Assembly: GCF_009914755.1 (NCBI RefSeq)
Contig: NC_060927.1
Source: the human T2T-CHM13v2.0 reference genome, Homo sapiens
Strand: one strand, 5' to 3'
DNA: 64,000 bases
Under the pieces are notes generated by a model. That model was not told where the DNA came from and did no database searches. It was given only the letters and a program-made list of their open reading frames with translations. Position numbers and translations under genes: made by a program. Positions 14,292 through 27,215 of the stretch are shown piece after piece (the stretch's first letter is position 1; each line of letters opens with the position of its first letter).

Positions 14292-16934
14292 CTTCAAGTA
14301 TTAAACAAGGAAAAAAGCCCACAAGTTTATGTAGGTTACAGCAATACAACCATGTGGAGATTAGGAATGTGGGATCTTTGGTGAGAGTACAGTAAATAAA
14401 GGCAACAGCAGAAGCGCTTACATTTTCTCTTAAACATATGGTTACATACATAACCCCCCAACACACACAATGAATGATCTTTGTTACCTGACATAGCATA
14501 GCAACACGAGAGAGGGGAGAAGTGGACTCAGGGCCTCTTTTCTTTTTTTTTCCTTAGACAAGGAAGACAAAACATTTGAATATGCACTCACTCAGAAAGC
14601 TTGCAGGCTCAAAAAATCATAGAGATGTTAAGGCTCCTCAAGGCATTGGTATTTAGTAAACACCCAGGGACAAAATTTGAATTAGTTGATATAGACAGCT
14701 CTCATTACTAGAAAACTTCCCATGATATATATATAATATGTATATAATATATATATGTTTTAAGAATAAATTTTGTTTGTAAAAATAATATTTACAAATT
14801 TTCAGCAATACAGAAAGGCACAAGGAAGGAAGCAAAAATATACCCCCAAATCCCCAGTTTTAGCCACCAAAAACTCATCAAAATTAATAGGTGACAAATA
14901 TCATTTCAGGCATCTGTACTCATAAGTTGCATATGTACCTGTAGGTTGGCAGAAATAATGTAAGAATTATTTTAATACGAAGTTCTAAATTTAATTTTAC
15001 TTGAATGTAAATAACAAATAAAAACTGAACTGAAACTAAAATAATTATACTTCAATGGAATATTTCTTTGACACAGAATATATCCAACCATTCTTAAATC
15101 AAACTTCTAAATTTAAGATAATGTATTATAAAAATGGAGGTTGGAATAATTTCTAAATCTCCATTTAATGAAAAATTTCAAGTATATACAAAGTAAGTAG
15201 AATAATATAATGACCTCCTACATATCCATTACCCAGTTACAATAATAGTCATCATTCTATTATTCTATCTATATTGCCACCCAATCCCCACGACCTGCTT
15301 CATTGTTTTTATTATTATTATTTTACAGGTTTTGGGGAGAGAAATTCACATACTCTGAAATGCACAAATCTTAGCTGTACAAATCTGAAAAATGGATATA
15401 CCTGTGTAAACCACACTCCTATGATGATATAGAATCCATTTCCCACTAAATTTGTGCATCTCTTCCCATCCTGCCAGTTCTCTACACTACTTTTCTGAAA
15501 AACTTCCCATTAGATGAGTTTAATTTTAGAGCTCCATATAAATTTGTTTACCCATTCTCCTGCTGATGGGTGGTTTCTAGTCTGGACTATTGTGAATGAA
15601 GCTGCTATGAACAGTTTTGTACACATTTGTTTGTACATGTATCTTCATTTCTCTTATATAAATACCCAGGACTGCAACTGCTGGGCCAAGAGTCGATGTA
15701 AATATTTAACTTCATAAAAAACTACTGGAACTTTTCTCCAAGTGGTTTTACACCTCTCTCGAGTATGAACACTTCGGTTGCTTTACATCTTTGCTACCAC
15801 TTGGTGGTGTCAGTTTTTCTAGCCAACATGGTGGGTAAGTAATGGCATCTCACTGTAATTTTAATTTGCATTTCCCTGATGACTAATGAGAGATACTGAG
15901 TAGTTTTTCATGCACTTATTGGCCATTCATATTTTCCTCTGTGAAGTGTCCAAGTGTTTTGCCAATTTTTATACTTACTGGAATCTTTACCTTTTTATCG
16001 TTGAGTTGTATGAGTTCTTTGTATATTCTGAATACAAGTTCTTCACCAGACATTTTTGTGAATATTTTCTCCCCTTCTGTAGGCTATTTGTATTTGTAAC
16101 CATGTCTTTTTATAAGTATTAGTTTTAATTTTAATGAAGTTTTGTATTTTTCCTTTTACTTTCAACCAACTTGGTCTTTGTATTTCAAGTGCTTTCTTGT
16201 AGACAACATATAGTTGGGTCTGGCTTTTCAATCCATTCTAACAATAACTGTCTTCTAATCAGAGTATTTAATAATTTACATTTAATATATTTATTGATCT
16301 TCTTGGATTTAATGTGCCATTTACTACTTTTTTCTATTTGCTTTACCTTTCTTTTATTCCATCTGTTTTTCCTTATAGCCTTCTTTGGGTTAGTTGGATA
16401 ATTTTAGTATTCTATTTTAATCTTTTGGCTTTTAGTGATAACTCCTGCATTTTTAATGGGTTCTCTAGGGATTATAATATGCATGTTTAAGTTATCAAAA
16501 TTTACTTAGAGTTAATATTGTACTTCACGTGTTGTATATGTATGTGCAACAGTGTAATTACATTTATGTGTCCATCCTTTGGTTGTCAAACATATTACAT
16601 CATACACTATATATTCCACAACACAGTGCTAAGGTTTTTTTGTTTTGAACAGATACATGTAAAGAAATTAAGAGAAGAAAAGAAAATAACATATACCCTT
16701 TTATATTTACTATTTCCAATGACCTTCATTCCTTCTGTTACTTTCATTTTACAAGGTCATTTACCTCAACCTGAGGAATTCTCTTCAATATTTCTACCAG
16801 TGTAAGTATAAAAATGCCTTTCAGAGATTTTTAGTGTTTATCTGAAAATGTCTTCATTTTACTTACATTCTTGAAGGCTGGCTATAGAATAGAGGTTGAC
16901 AGTTTTATTCCAGCGCTTTAAAAATACTGTGACA

Positions 16935-17226
<292 letters not shown>

Positions 17227-17371
17227 TACTATGACACTGCCTTCTGGCTTCCAGTGTTTCTGAGGAAATGGAAGCCATCATTCTTATCACTCTTCTTCTG
17301 TATGGAATTTAGTTTCATCTGATTGATTTCAAGATTTTCTCTGTCTTTAAATTTCTGTAATTTAATTATAA

Positions 17372-17755
<384 letters not shown>

Positions 17756-18786
17756 TGAGTTGATATTTTTCACTGTATTTGAGCAGAGTCAAGTCATAAT
17801 ATCTTTAAATATTTTTTCACTTTATTATCACTTTCTGGGACAAAAATTACAGATGTTAGACCACTTGATATTGTCTCACTGGTTTCTCGAGCTCTTTTTC
17901 TTCAATCTTTTTCCTCCTTTTTCTTCAGATTGAGTAATTTCTATTTAAGTTCACTGACTCTTTTTTTCTGCCATCTCCCATCTACCTGTGAGTACAATAG
18001 GTAAATTTTAAAATTTCAGATCCTGTTTCTTTTATCTCTAGAATTATTAATTTATTTTTTAATAGTTCCTGTTTCTCTTCTGAGATTCTCAATTTGTTTA
18101 TTTATTATGCACATATTTCCCTTTATAAATCCTGAAACAAACATGTAATAGCAGCTTTAAAGTACTTGTTTGCTAATTGCAACATGTGAGTTACCTTGAG
18201 ATCAGTTCTTATTGACTGCTTTTGTCCTTGAATAGGGACACACTTTTCCTGTTTCATTACATAACTACAGACTGGACATTATGCATGATACATTATACTC
18301 TAGATTCTGTTGTGTTCTGATAAAAATAATTTTGTTCTAGCAGGCATTTAACTTGGCTAGACTCAAACTTAAAGTCTGTTTCCCTGGCAGCAGGCAGCAG
18401 CTGTAATCTCTTTTCAGTTCTTTCATTTTTCAGCTGATGCTTTTGTGCCAGGCCAACTGGGCTCTCCTCCACATATGTAGAGTTTAGCTGTCAGACAAAG
18501 ATTTCAGTAGATTTTATACGAATATTTTGTGCCTCAATTCTGTAACTCCCTGCCTGGATTTCCTCCCCAACATTCTGGCTGCTCTTTCAGCCCCAGATTC
18601 TGTCCTCTGACCTTTCAAGTAAAAATGTTGCACTACAGTCCAATCCAAAAGCAGATTATGGACTGCTCTTGGGTAAAAGGCTGAAAACATACAAATATTG
18701 CCCACTGCAGTGATCTTTCAAAAGTAGAGATTTCTACGCTTGGGAGCTCACTATATCTCATATATCTGTGTGTGTGTATATATATA

Positions 18787-19078
18787 TTTGTTGTTGTTTG
18801 AGACAGGGTCTCAACAACACCCAGGCTGCAGCACAGTGGCATGATCACGGTCACTGCAGCAGTGACCTCCCTGGGCTCAGGTGATTCTCCTACCTCAGCC
18901 TCCCAAGTAGCTGGGACAACAGGTGTGTGCCACCACACCCAGATAATTTTTGTATTTTTTGTAGAGATGGGGTTTCACCATTTTGCCCAGGCTGGTCTTG
19001 AATTTCTGAGCTCAAGAGATCCACCTGCCCTTGGTCCCCCAGTGTTGGGATTACAGGCATGAGCCACCATGCCTGGGC
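18787..19078 (-). mobile_element. AluJ
   Basis: Diverged Alu dimer in reverse orientation. Confidence 0.88.
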
Positions 19079-19459
19079 TCCACTTTTATTTTTTAAAAGC
19101 TATTGTATAAGTACTCAAATAAAAGCAAGCACACATAGAAAGGTATGGGAACCACTGGCCATGGCTATTTCTGGAGAATGGACTATGGAGTGGTGAAGGG
19201 GTGTGTTTGCATATTTGCATGTGTGCTTATGTATGTAAGCTCCACATTTTTACTCTATGAATTTCTATACTTGATTTACAAGAATGCATGTGGACTTAAA
19301 TTAAAAGGCTGATTTTTTGTATTGGTCTCATCATGGTTTGATGGCATTCACTAGCTCTTTGAGAACCACTCTTAAGCTTTAAAGGAGTAAATAAACATCA
19401 AGTGCCAAGAACAGTGAACCAACATTACTGTTGTTATTGCCATTATGTGGAAACAGTAC

Positions 19460-19715
19460 CTCTTTCGTTTGGTTCAGCAGCGGAGAACATGGCCATGAAG
19501 CCATTGCCAGCTGTGTTGGCATCAGAAATCATCTGCACCATCATCTTGTTGCCACTGGACACAAGGGCTCCAGGCCGGAAAGTGCCACAGAAGCGGCCAA
19601 TGCGCTGGCCATTGGCATGGCCATTGTACACATCCACAAAGTCATAGCGGCACAGGTTGTCACTCTCGAGGTCTATGAATCGGAAATTGAGAACGACTAC
19701 TTTTCCTTCGGGAAC
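19460..19715 (-). CDS. PCOLCE2: PCOLCE2 coding exon 3 (CUB1 C-terminal part)
   Basis: VPEGKVVVLNFRFIDLESDNLCRYDFVDVYNGHANGQRIGRFCGTFRPGALVSSGNKMMVQMISDANTAGNGFMAMFSAAEPNER(G). Acceptor TTGGCAG|GTT, donor G|GTACTG. 256 nt, phase 0 to 1. Confidence 0.97.
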
Positions 19716-20114
19716 CTGCCAAGAAAAGCGCCAATTAGAAAACTGTCATGAAAACAATATCTGAGGCTTTGACATCTAGTCACTTACTTAAGTGTGTAAA
19801 GTATAATATCCAAGATAATGCTTTTTCCTCTCTCATATCTGAACTAACCCAAGGGAAGTTTTCTAGCATATTGCATTCCTAAAAAATTTAAGTACTTATT
19901 TTCTTTTGACAAATTCTGCAATTCTCCAGGATTCACAATCTTATTCCTTAAGAACTTACCTCAACAAAGCTGCAAAATATTAGGTCAGTATTATTAATAG
20001 ATGAGTCATTGCTTAGAATGAATACCAGTCCTGATTGGACCTTAGCATATATTTGCATATTCTAATACCTAGAGATATTGCTTAGCAAAGAAACATTTAA
20101 AAATATCATTTCTT

Positions 20115-20440
<326 letters not shown>

Positions 20441-21599
20441 TCAATGCCTGTGTATAGAATGTTTCTATGAAGTTCAAAATAGAGGATTTATTTGGCAATT
20501 GTGTAGTTAATTTACAGATAATTCATTTTGGGTCCTGAAACATCCAGATGAACTACCGATACTGACTAAATGAACTGAGTAATTGCTGAATCATCTCTTC
20601 TGAATGTCACTAAGTTTTTTGCTCATTTGTTTTCCAGGTGAAGACTTTATATGTCAGGAAGCCTTGAGACACAATGCGCTAATGAAGAAAAAGATAAGCT
20701 TTCATTTTATCATAATATTTTATTCATCATAATTTCCCCATAAAATTCTTAATGATGGTTCCTTCCTTATTCCCTGAGTAGGTAGAAAAAATGGCTATAA
20801 AAGCATTTGGTAGGATTCTCAGGTTACCAAAGCCCCATTTCTTTCCCAGTTCATACCACCTTTTAATTTCTTCATTCAAGTTGTTCAGTCATAAAGTCTT
20901 GATCATAATTGTTTTACTCCTTTAATCAGATGAGGTCTCCACTGAATAGTGGAGAATTCCATTCTGTAAAAACTTACATATAACAAAACTCAGTGATTAA
21001 AAAAATCAAACACACACAATCAAAAGTGGTTGGTTTATATTCATCTTAATTAACTATTTCAGACTCAAGGGTCAATAGATGCTTTGACATTAATACGGCT
21101 TCCCCATGTTGGTAAGTACAGTGCCATACGTTTTATTTTCCTATGGTAAGATGAAGTGTTTTCAGTGCTATTTGCTTTTTGTGTCAAACACATCTACACT
21201 TCATCGTAGAAATTATAATGGCGTAGTTCCCAAAAGGGACATGTTTGGATTTGCCATCGTTGCATTCTAATTCCTAGAAGCTTGTCTCAGTGGTGTGAAT
21301 ATCAGAGTTCCAAAGAACTTAGAACAGCTTAAGAAGCTAATAACAGAAAGAACAATTTAAATTTTAAACATTATCACCAAGATGTCTGTTGTAAAACTTC
21401 CTGTCTTTTGCTTTGTTTTTTGTTTTGCACACAACCTCTATTTGTACAATAATCAGAAAGTTATCAAAATATGATGCCACATCTGTAATCTTAAATATAA
21501 GCAGGCTCTCTATGAATCACCGAAAAAGTCCTAGCCATGAAAAGAATCTCAAACTAATTTGTTTTTTTCCTGCATGAATAGTGACTATTTGTATAAATG

Positions 21600-23050
21600 T
21601 ATAGAGGGTAATTCAAAGCTACGAAACTTGATGAAGTCACTCCCAGAGTGAATGTGGATAGAAAAAGGAAGAGGTCTAAGTATAGAGGCCTGGAACACTC
21701 CAATGTCATCAAGTCTGTGAAGAGGTCAAACCACAATAGAGACTGAGTCAACAAGTAGGAGGCAACCAAAGTGTGTGGCGTCTGGAAGCCAGGCGAAGAG
21801 AGTATGTCAAGGAGGAATGAATGGGCAACTGAGTTAAGTGCTGCTGCTGAGAAAGACCAGTGGATTTAGCAACACAGAAGTTTAGCAACCAGAAGTCACT
21901 GGTAATGCTGACAAAGCTGTTCTGGTGGCACCATGGGGAGAAAACTGGATAAAAGGATCATGAGAAAATGGGGTGAGAGGAAATGGTGACAATAAATATA
22001 AACAAGCTTTTCAAGGAGTTTTGCTGTGAAGATGAACAGAATAATATGGGGGTAAGGAAGGGGATATGGGGTCTAAGCAGAGTTTTTGCAATGGGTGTTT
22101 CCTAAGGCATGTTTGCATGCTGATGGGAAGGATTCTGTAGAGAGGGCAAAACTGATGAAGCAAGAGAGAGGGAGGATTGCTTAACAGATGTCCTTGAGCA
22201 GGCAAAGGGGGATCTGATCTACAGAAGGAACAGCTGGTGGAGTTGGCCTTAGTAGGAGCAGGGACAGTTTTGCCCAATGACAGAAGGGAAGACAGATGTA
22301 GGTAGGTCAGTAAATGAGGTGGTGAAAGCATATATAGAATTTTTTTTCTGGATTGCTTTTCTTAGTAAAATAGAAAACAAGGTCATCAGCAGCAAATGTG
22401 GAAGAGAGAGGCACTACTGGGAATCTGATAACAGAAGAGAAAGTGAGGAAATGGATTAATGAAATGCAGCAGGAGTACCAGGACTGCTGGGGTCCACTTG
22501 AAGTAAATGAATTAAAATTAAGACCTCTCTGCATGGTGGCGATATTTGTTTTTGTTTGTTCGTGGTCTTCTTCCCCAGCCACATTCAGCTCCGTGGGCAA
22601 AGGTACAGGGCAGGTGGAGAGTTGGATATAAGCAGTAGGGGAGAGTGGTGAGGTTTGCCAAGGGAGGATATGGCAGGAGAGAAGGACAAGAGAGTTGAAG
22701 ACATAGGCAAGGGAGTGACCATGATGATGTGCTGTGGAATCCAAACTGGGTTAGGATGGAAATCAGGACGCTGTGGGGTGAGGACAGTAACAACCAAGAC
22801 TGTGGTGGAGTAAGGACAAAATAACAGTGGAAGTGGGAGGCTGAGGAACTATGGAGGATAAGTTATTTGGCGGAGAAGAGGTTAAAGACCTGAGAAGATC
22901 ACCCATATAGATATTGAAATTACAGTTGATTAGGACAAGGAAGAGTGTTGAAGACAGTGACAGTGAACCAGGAGTTAAAATTTGCAAGAAGCGAGGAAGA
23001 CTGTCCAGGAGGCTTTTAGATTATTTCATCAAGGAGAGGAATAGGGAGGT
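21600..23050 (-). mobile_element. L2 LINE fragment of about 1.4 kb, including decayed ORF2
   Basis: Purine-rich plus strand with L2 motifs (tggatttagcaac, agaagtcactggtaat, ggtcatcagc, gagttgaagaca...gagtgacc). Confidence 0.75.
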
Positions 23051-23890
23051 ATAATCATGTTTCATTGGCAGGTTCTTGGTTCTCTGACACTACGTAGACA
23101 ATTCTGTTGACTCTCTCCTGTAGAGAGGTGTTGAAATTAACTACAGGACTTGGATGCTCATTCCCAATAAAATAAATCATTTGTTCCCAAAAGTTTTGTA
23201 CCTGTTCCCATGGCAATGAAAATTTGAGAATGAGACACAAATATGATCAGCAATAGAAACTGGGTTACATCATTGCAATTTTGAACACATGCTGACCCGA
23301 ACAACCCCGACAAAGCTTCTTTTGAAAGAAGGATGCAGAGGTGATCTGTACCAGTGTAAGTCTCCTATAACCAGAGACAAATGTCATCTTGCACTGAAGG
23401 CCAGAGAGAAATTCTATTGCAAATGAGAAGCATACTGCTGTGAGCCTTTTCAGTATGACACAACATCCGTTCTTCATTTTTTATATGAGTGATCAAGATT
23501 GTCTGATGCCCTCTGATGCAAGCTTTGATAAGAGCTCCTGATTGTCATTATAAAGGACTTTAGAGAGCATATTCTCCGAAGATGGCCTTTCCACTTGGAG
23601 AATCTAGTCTGTATCCTTGAATTTTCTTTGTTAAGAATAGAAAAAAAATAAAAAAATAAAAAATACAGAAAGATACACAGAATAATATAACACCTGGATA
23701 CCAACCACGAAATTGACTTTTGTTAACATTTTGTTAATAGATTTTTAAAGTCTCCTTTAATGAAGTAAATAAAACATTTCAGATAAAAATGAGATTTCCT
23801 TTGTCTTCATCCCAGGCCCCATTTCCTCCTCCTTCCTCAGAAGCAACCACTGTTACAAATTTAGTGGGTTTCCTTCCATGCTGATCAAAA

Positions 23891-24016
23891 TGTGTGTGTG
23901 TGTGTGTGTGTGTGTGTATTTATATATATTTATGTATGTGTGTATATACATATACACACATAAGTATTTATGTATATGTGTATATAATATATATTTTAAT
24001 ATATATTATATATATG
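23891..24016. repeat. (TG)n followed by TA-rich simple repeat
   Basis: Direct reading of the sequence. Confidence 0.9.
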
Positions 24017-24071
24017 TAACCATGCAAAATGCACAGTGACTTTTTGTGTTGTTTTAAAAATTAACAAAAAT

Positions 24072-24360
24072 GGTGCCAGGCTCATGCTTGTAATCTTAAT
24101 ACTTTGGGAGGCCGAGGCAGGAGGATTGCTTGAGTCCAGGAGTTAAAGACCAGCCTGGGCAACATAGGGAGATCGTGTCTCTACAAAAAATTTTAAAAAT
24201 TAGCTGGATGTGGTGGTGCATGCCTGTAGTCCCAGCTACTTAGGAGGCTGACGTGTGAGGATTACTTGAGCCTGGGACATCAAAGCTCCAATGAGCCATG
24301 ATCACACTGTACTCTAGCCTGGAGAATAGAGAGAGACCCTGTTTAAAAAAAAAAAAAAAA
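24072..24360 (+). mobile_element. AluJ
   Basis: gaggattgcttgagtccaggag, A tail. Confidence 0.88.
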
Positions 24361-25541
24361 GGGAAAATGGGATAATGTTTACATATCACTCCACAACCTG
24401 GGCATCCTTGAATTTTCTGGCTGAGGAAGAAGAGAAGAAGGAAAAATAAAAATACATAGGACCTTCACAAGCTATTCCTTCTACCTGGAACATGTTCCCA
24501 CTTCTGCCCTTCTCTCACTCATGCTTAGGGTCTCAGTTTCAAGGTCACTCCCTCCTGGAGACATGCCTAAACACCCCCAAACCCGAAGGTGGGCTCTGTC
24601 CAATTAGCAGTGCTCCCCTCAGGTCTGTGAGCATGGGATGGCTCAGCCCACTCACTGCATGTTATAAAGCTCAACCTCGAGGGGGCAAGGATCCTTCCTG
24701 CCTTGTTCACTGTTGCATCCCCAGGATCTGGCATGGCCCCAAGTTAAAGCTTAACATCAAAAATATTTGTTAAATGAATAATCCATTAGGTACTCAATGA
24801 ATCACCGGCCTCCTTGCACAAATCACAGACAATATACCTACTGCTGGCTCCACCTTTTTCATTCTAATATTTCCTACCTTGCCTGGCAGCAGAGCTCCAA
24901 AAGGCCACTCTCTTTTCTAAGCCATTCTTTGCAAAAAGCAGATGCATATCTTTTTGGAAACTTTATATTTCAAATCTCCTGTAAATGCTAACACTTAATG
25001 CAGAAACTCAAGGTGCTTTTTTGGTGGCAAATAGATGAAGCTACTGTTTTGTGAGATTATATTGATTTGGGGATTCATTATCTGCCTGCAGAAAAACAAT
25101 TCGACGTTTGTGTTTTTTCCTATCAACAGCAAAGTCCCGTGTGGGCCAAAGCGTAGAGCTTCCACAGTGACCTCAACTCACCCCACAGCTCCTGGGATGT
25201 CCTCACTGTCACAAGCAAACGTGCCAAAGCTCTCGATGCCGGGGCTCCTGCCAGAGGACAGAGGAACTGCATTTTAAGCTGATGGTTTGCATTTTTAGGA
25301 TACTATGAGCAAAATGCAAACAGGAGGCCAGCTTCTTCTGTGTGGAGGAGTGCATTTCTGCAGAAATGGGAATGCTCCTTTGTGTCTGCAGCTTTTCCTC
25401 CCTAAACACATCATTTACTACTTTGATCAAAAAGAACTGTTTTTGCAGCACGTGATTTTTTTTTAAGCCATCATTCTAATCTTCTACGATTTCCCTCTTC
25501 CACAAACAAACCTTTGGGAACGTGCATTCTAAAATGCAGAC

Positions 25542-25595
25542 CACAGTTGATCTACGTAAAGCTCGAGGCACAGTTGATCTACGTAAAGCTCGAGG
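25542..25595. repeat. Perfect 27-bp tandem duplication
   Basis: CACAGTTGATCTACGTAAAGCTCGAGG x2 (25542-25568, 25569-25595). Confidence 0.97.
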
Positions 25596-26009
25596 TGACC
25601 ACTCAGTGTCACCTCTCCCATGGACCTCCAAAGGTAGTCCAGAAAGATCTATAGACAAATTATGTAAAAATATTTGGCAGTCTTTCTAGAGGGGGATAAA
25701 TCAGAAGCTTACAAGATCTTATTCATCTATATTCTGGGTATATTTCAATACTACTCTTGTAAAGGTAAATCTTATACATGTTTAAAAAATAAAACATATT
25801 TTGATTGTAGAAATAACGAGATGTTTTGAACATTTTCTTTTGTTTTTGGGGATTTCACTAAAAAAACTTTACCCCTGGATGTCTAGAAGGGGCGTGGAAA
25901 CTCCCATCCACCTTGGGCCCAGCCTGAAGACACCAGTGGAGATAACCCCCGAAAACCACCCAAAACTTTCCCACTGCACTTAGAATAAAATCTTCACCTT
26001 AATTATAGT

Positions 26010-26570
26010 TCACACACTTAGTGAACATCAGGTGCCAGGTATTTTTCTATGCACTATATACGTATCATTTCATTTAATCCCTTACAGCAACCCTATGAAG
26101 TTGATATTATTATTGGCCCAACTTTATAGTTTACAGATGAAGAAACTGAGGCACAGAGAGGTTAAGACACTGCATGATATATCCCCTTATCTCTCATCTT
26201 TCTCCTTCAAGCAACAACTTGGCTGTCATGCCACTTTTCTGTTCAAGGAGCCCTCCGAGCTGGTTCCCACCTAAGGGCCTTTGCACAGCCTGGTCCTCTG
26301 CCTGGCACAGCCTTCTCCCTGATATACACGGGTCTCACTCCACCTCATCATCTAGGTCAGCTCAAGAGTCACTGTTTCAGAGAAGCCTATCCTGAGCACC
26401 CCTGGTCACTTAGATCACACAGCCCTCTTATTTCTTCACAGATTATTTATCATCTGTCTCACTATCAGAATGTAAGCTACAGAGAACAGTTGGTCTGTGG
26501 GTCTACAGTTTGTCCAATGCTTTGGCTACTATGAGTACTCAGAAAATATTCATTGAATAAATGACTGCGA
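26010..26570. mobile_element. MIR followed by L2 3' fragment
   Basis: tttacagatgaagaaactgaggcacagagaggttaag, then gggcctttgcac...gaatgtaagct...aaatattcattgaataaatga. Confidence 0.7.
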
Positions 26571-26798
26571 TCCTTATAATCTTAAAATAATAGTGCAGGC
26601 CATGACTCCTATTACTAGCACATACTTTTATATAAAAATGTAAACTCACAAGTACAGGGCAAGTATTATTAAGATCCTTACGGGGAGGAAGAAATGGCTG
26701 ACAGCGGTTATGATGACTTGCCTAAGGCCACCCAGAAAGACAATGGCAGAACTCAGGTCACCAGACTTCCACCTTGCTGTGTTTTTCCATGACCTGAC

Positions 26799-27215
26799 TG
26801 TGGCAGAGGCTGAGGAGATGCTCCCAAACCTTGTTTCTTCTCAGGTCACACATGGAGTCGACATTTCCCAGCCTCTCTTGCAGTTAAGTTGGGGCCATGA
26901 GTCTGGGTCCTGGTCAATGGAATGTAGATGAAAGTGATGCACCCATTACCTCCAGGCCTAGCCATAAGACACCCAGTGCAATCCTTTTGGAGTTCTCTTT
27001 TTGCTCTAAGGAGGGGATTCAGTAGAAGAAAAGTGGAGGTGTTGGAAGACAGCAGAGCCACACAGGAGAAGAGAGAGCTGCCCAGAACAGCCCTCCCACT
27101 GCACTGGACGGTGAAGGGAACAAGAAACAGCCATTTATTGGGTTAGGCCACTGAGACTGGGGAAGTTGTTTGTTAGAGCAGTTTTGCACTTTGTGTTAAT
27201 TACCCTGATTAACAA
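26799..27215 (+). mobile_element. MaLR LTR (MLT1I/J-like)
   Basis: catttcccagcctctcttgcagttaagttggggccatgag...aatggaatgt...ccactgagactggggaagttgtttgtta. Confidence 0.7.

Noticed and set aside
22011-22987. Overlapping minus-strand ORFs up to 145 aa
   Set aside because: Decayed L2 ORF2 with frameshifts, not an intact gene.
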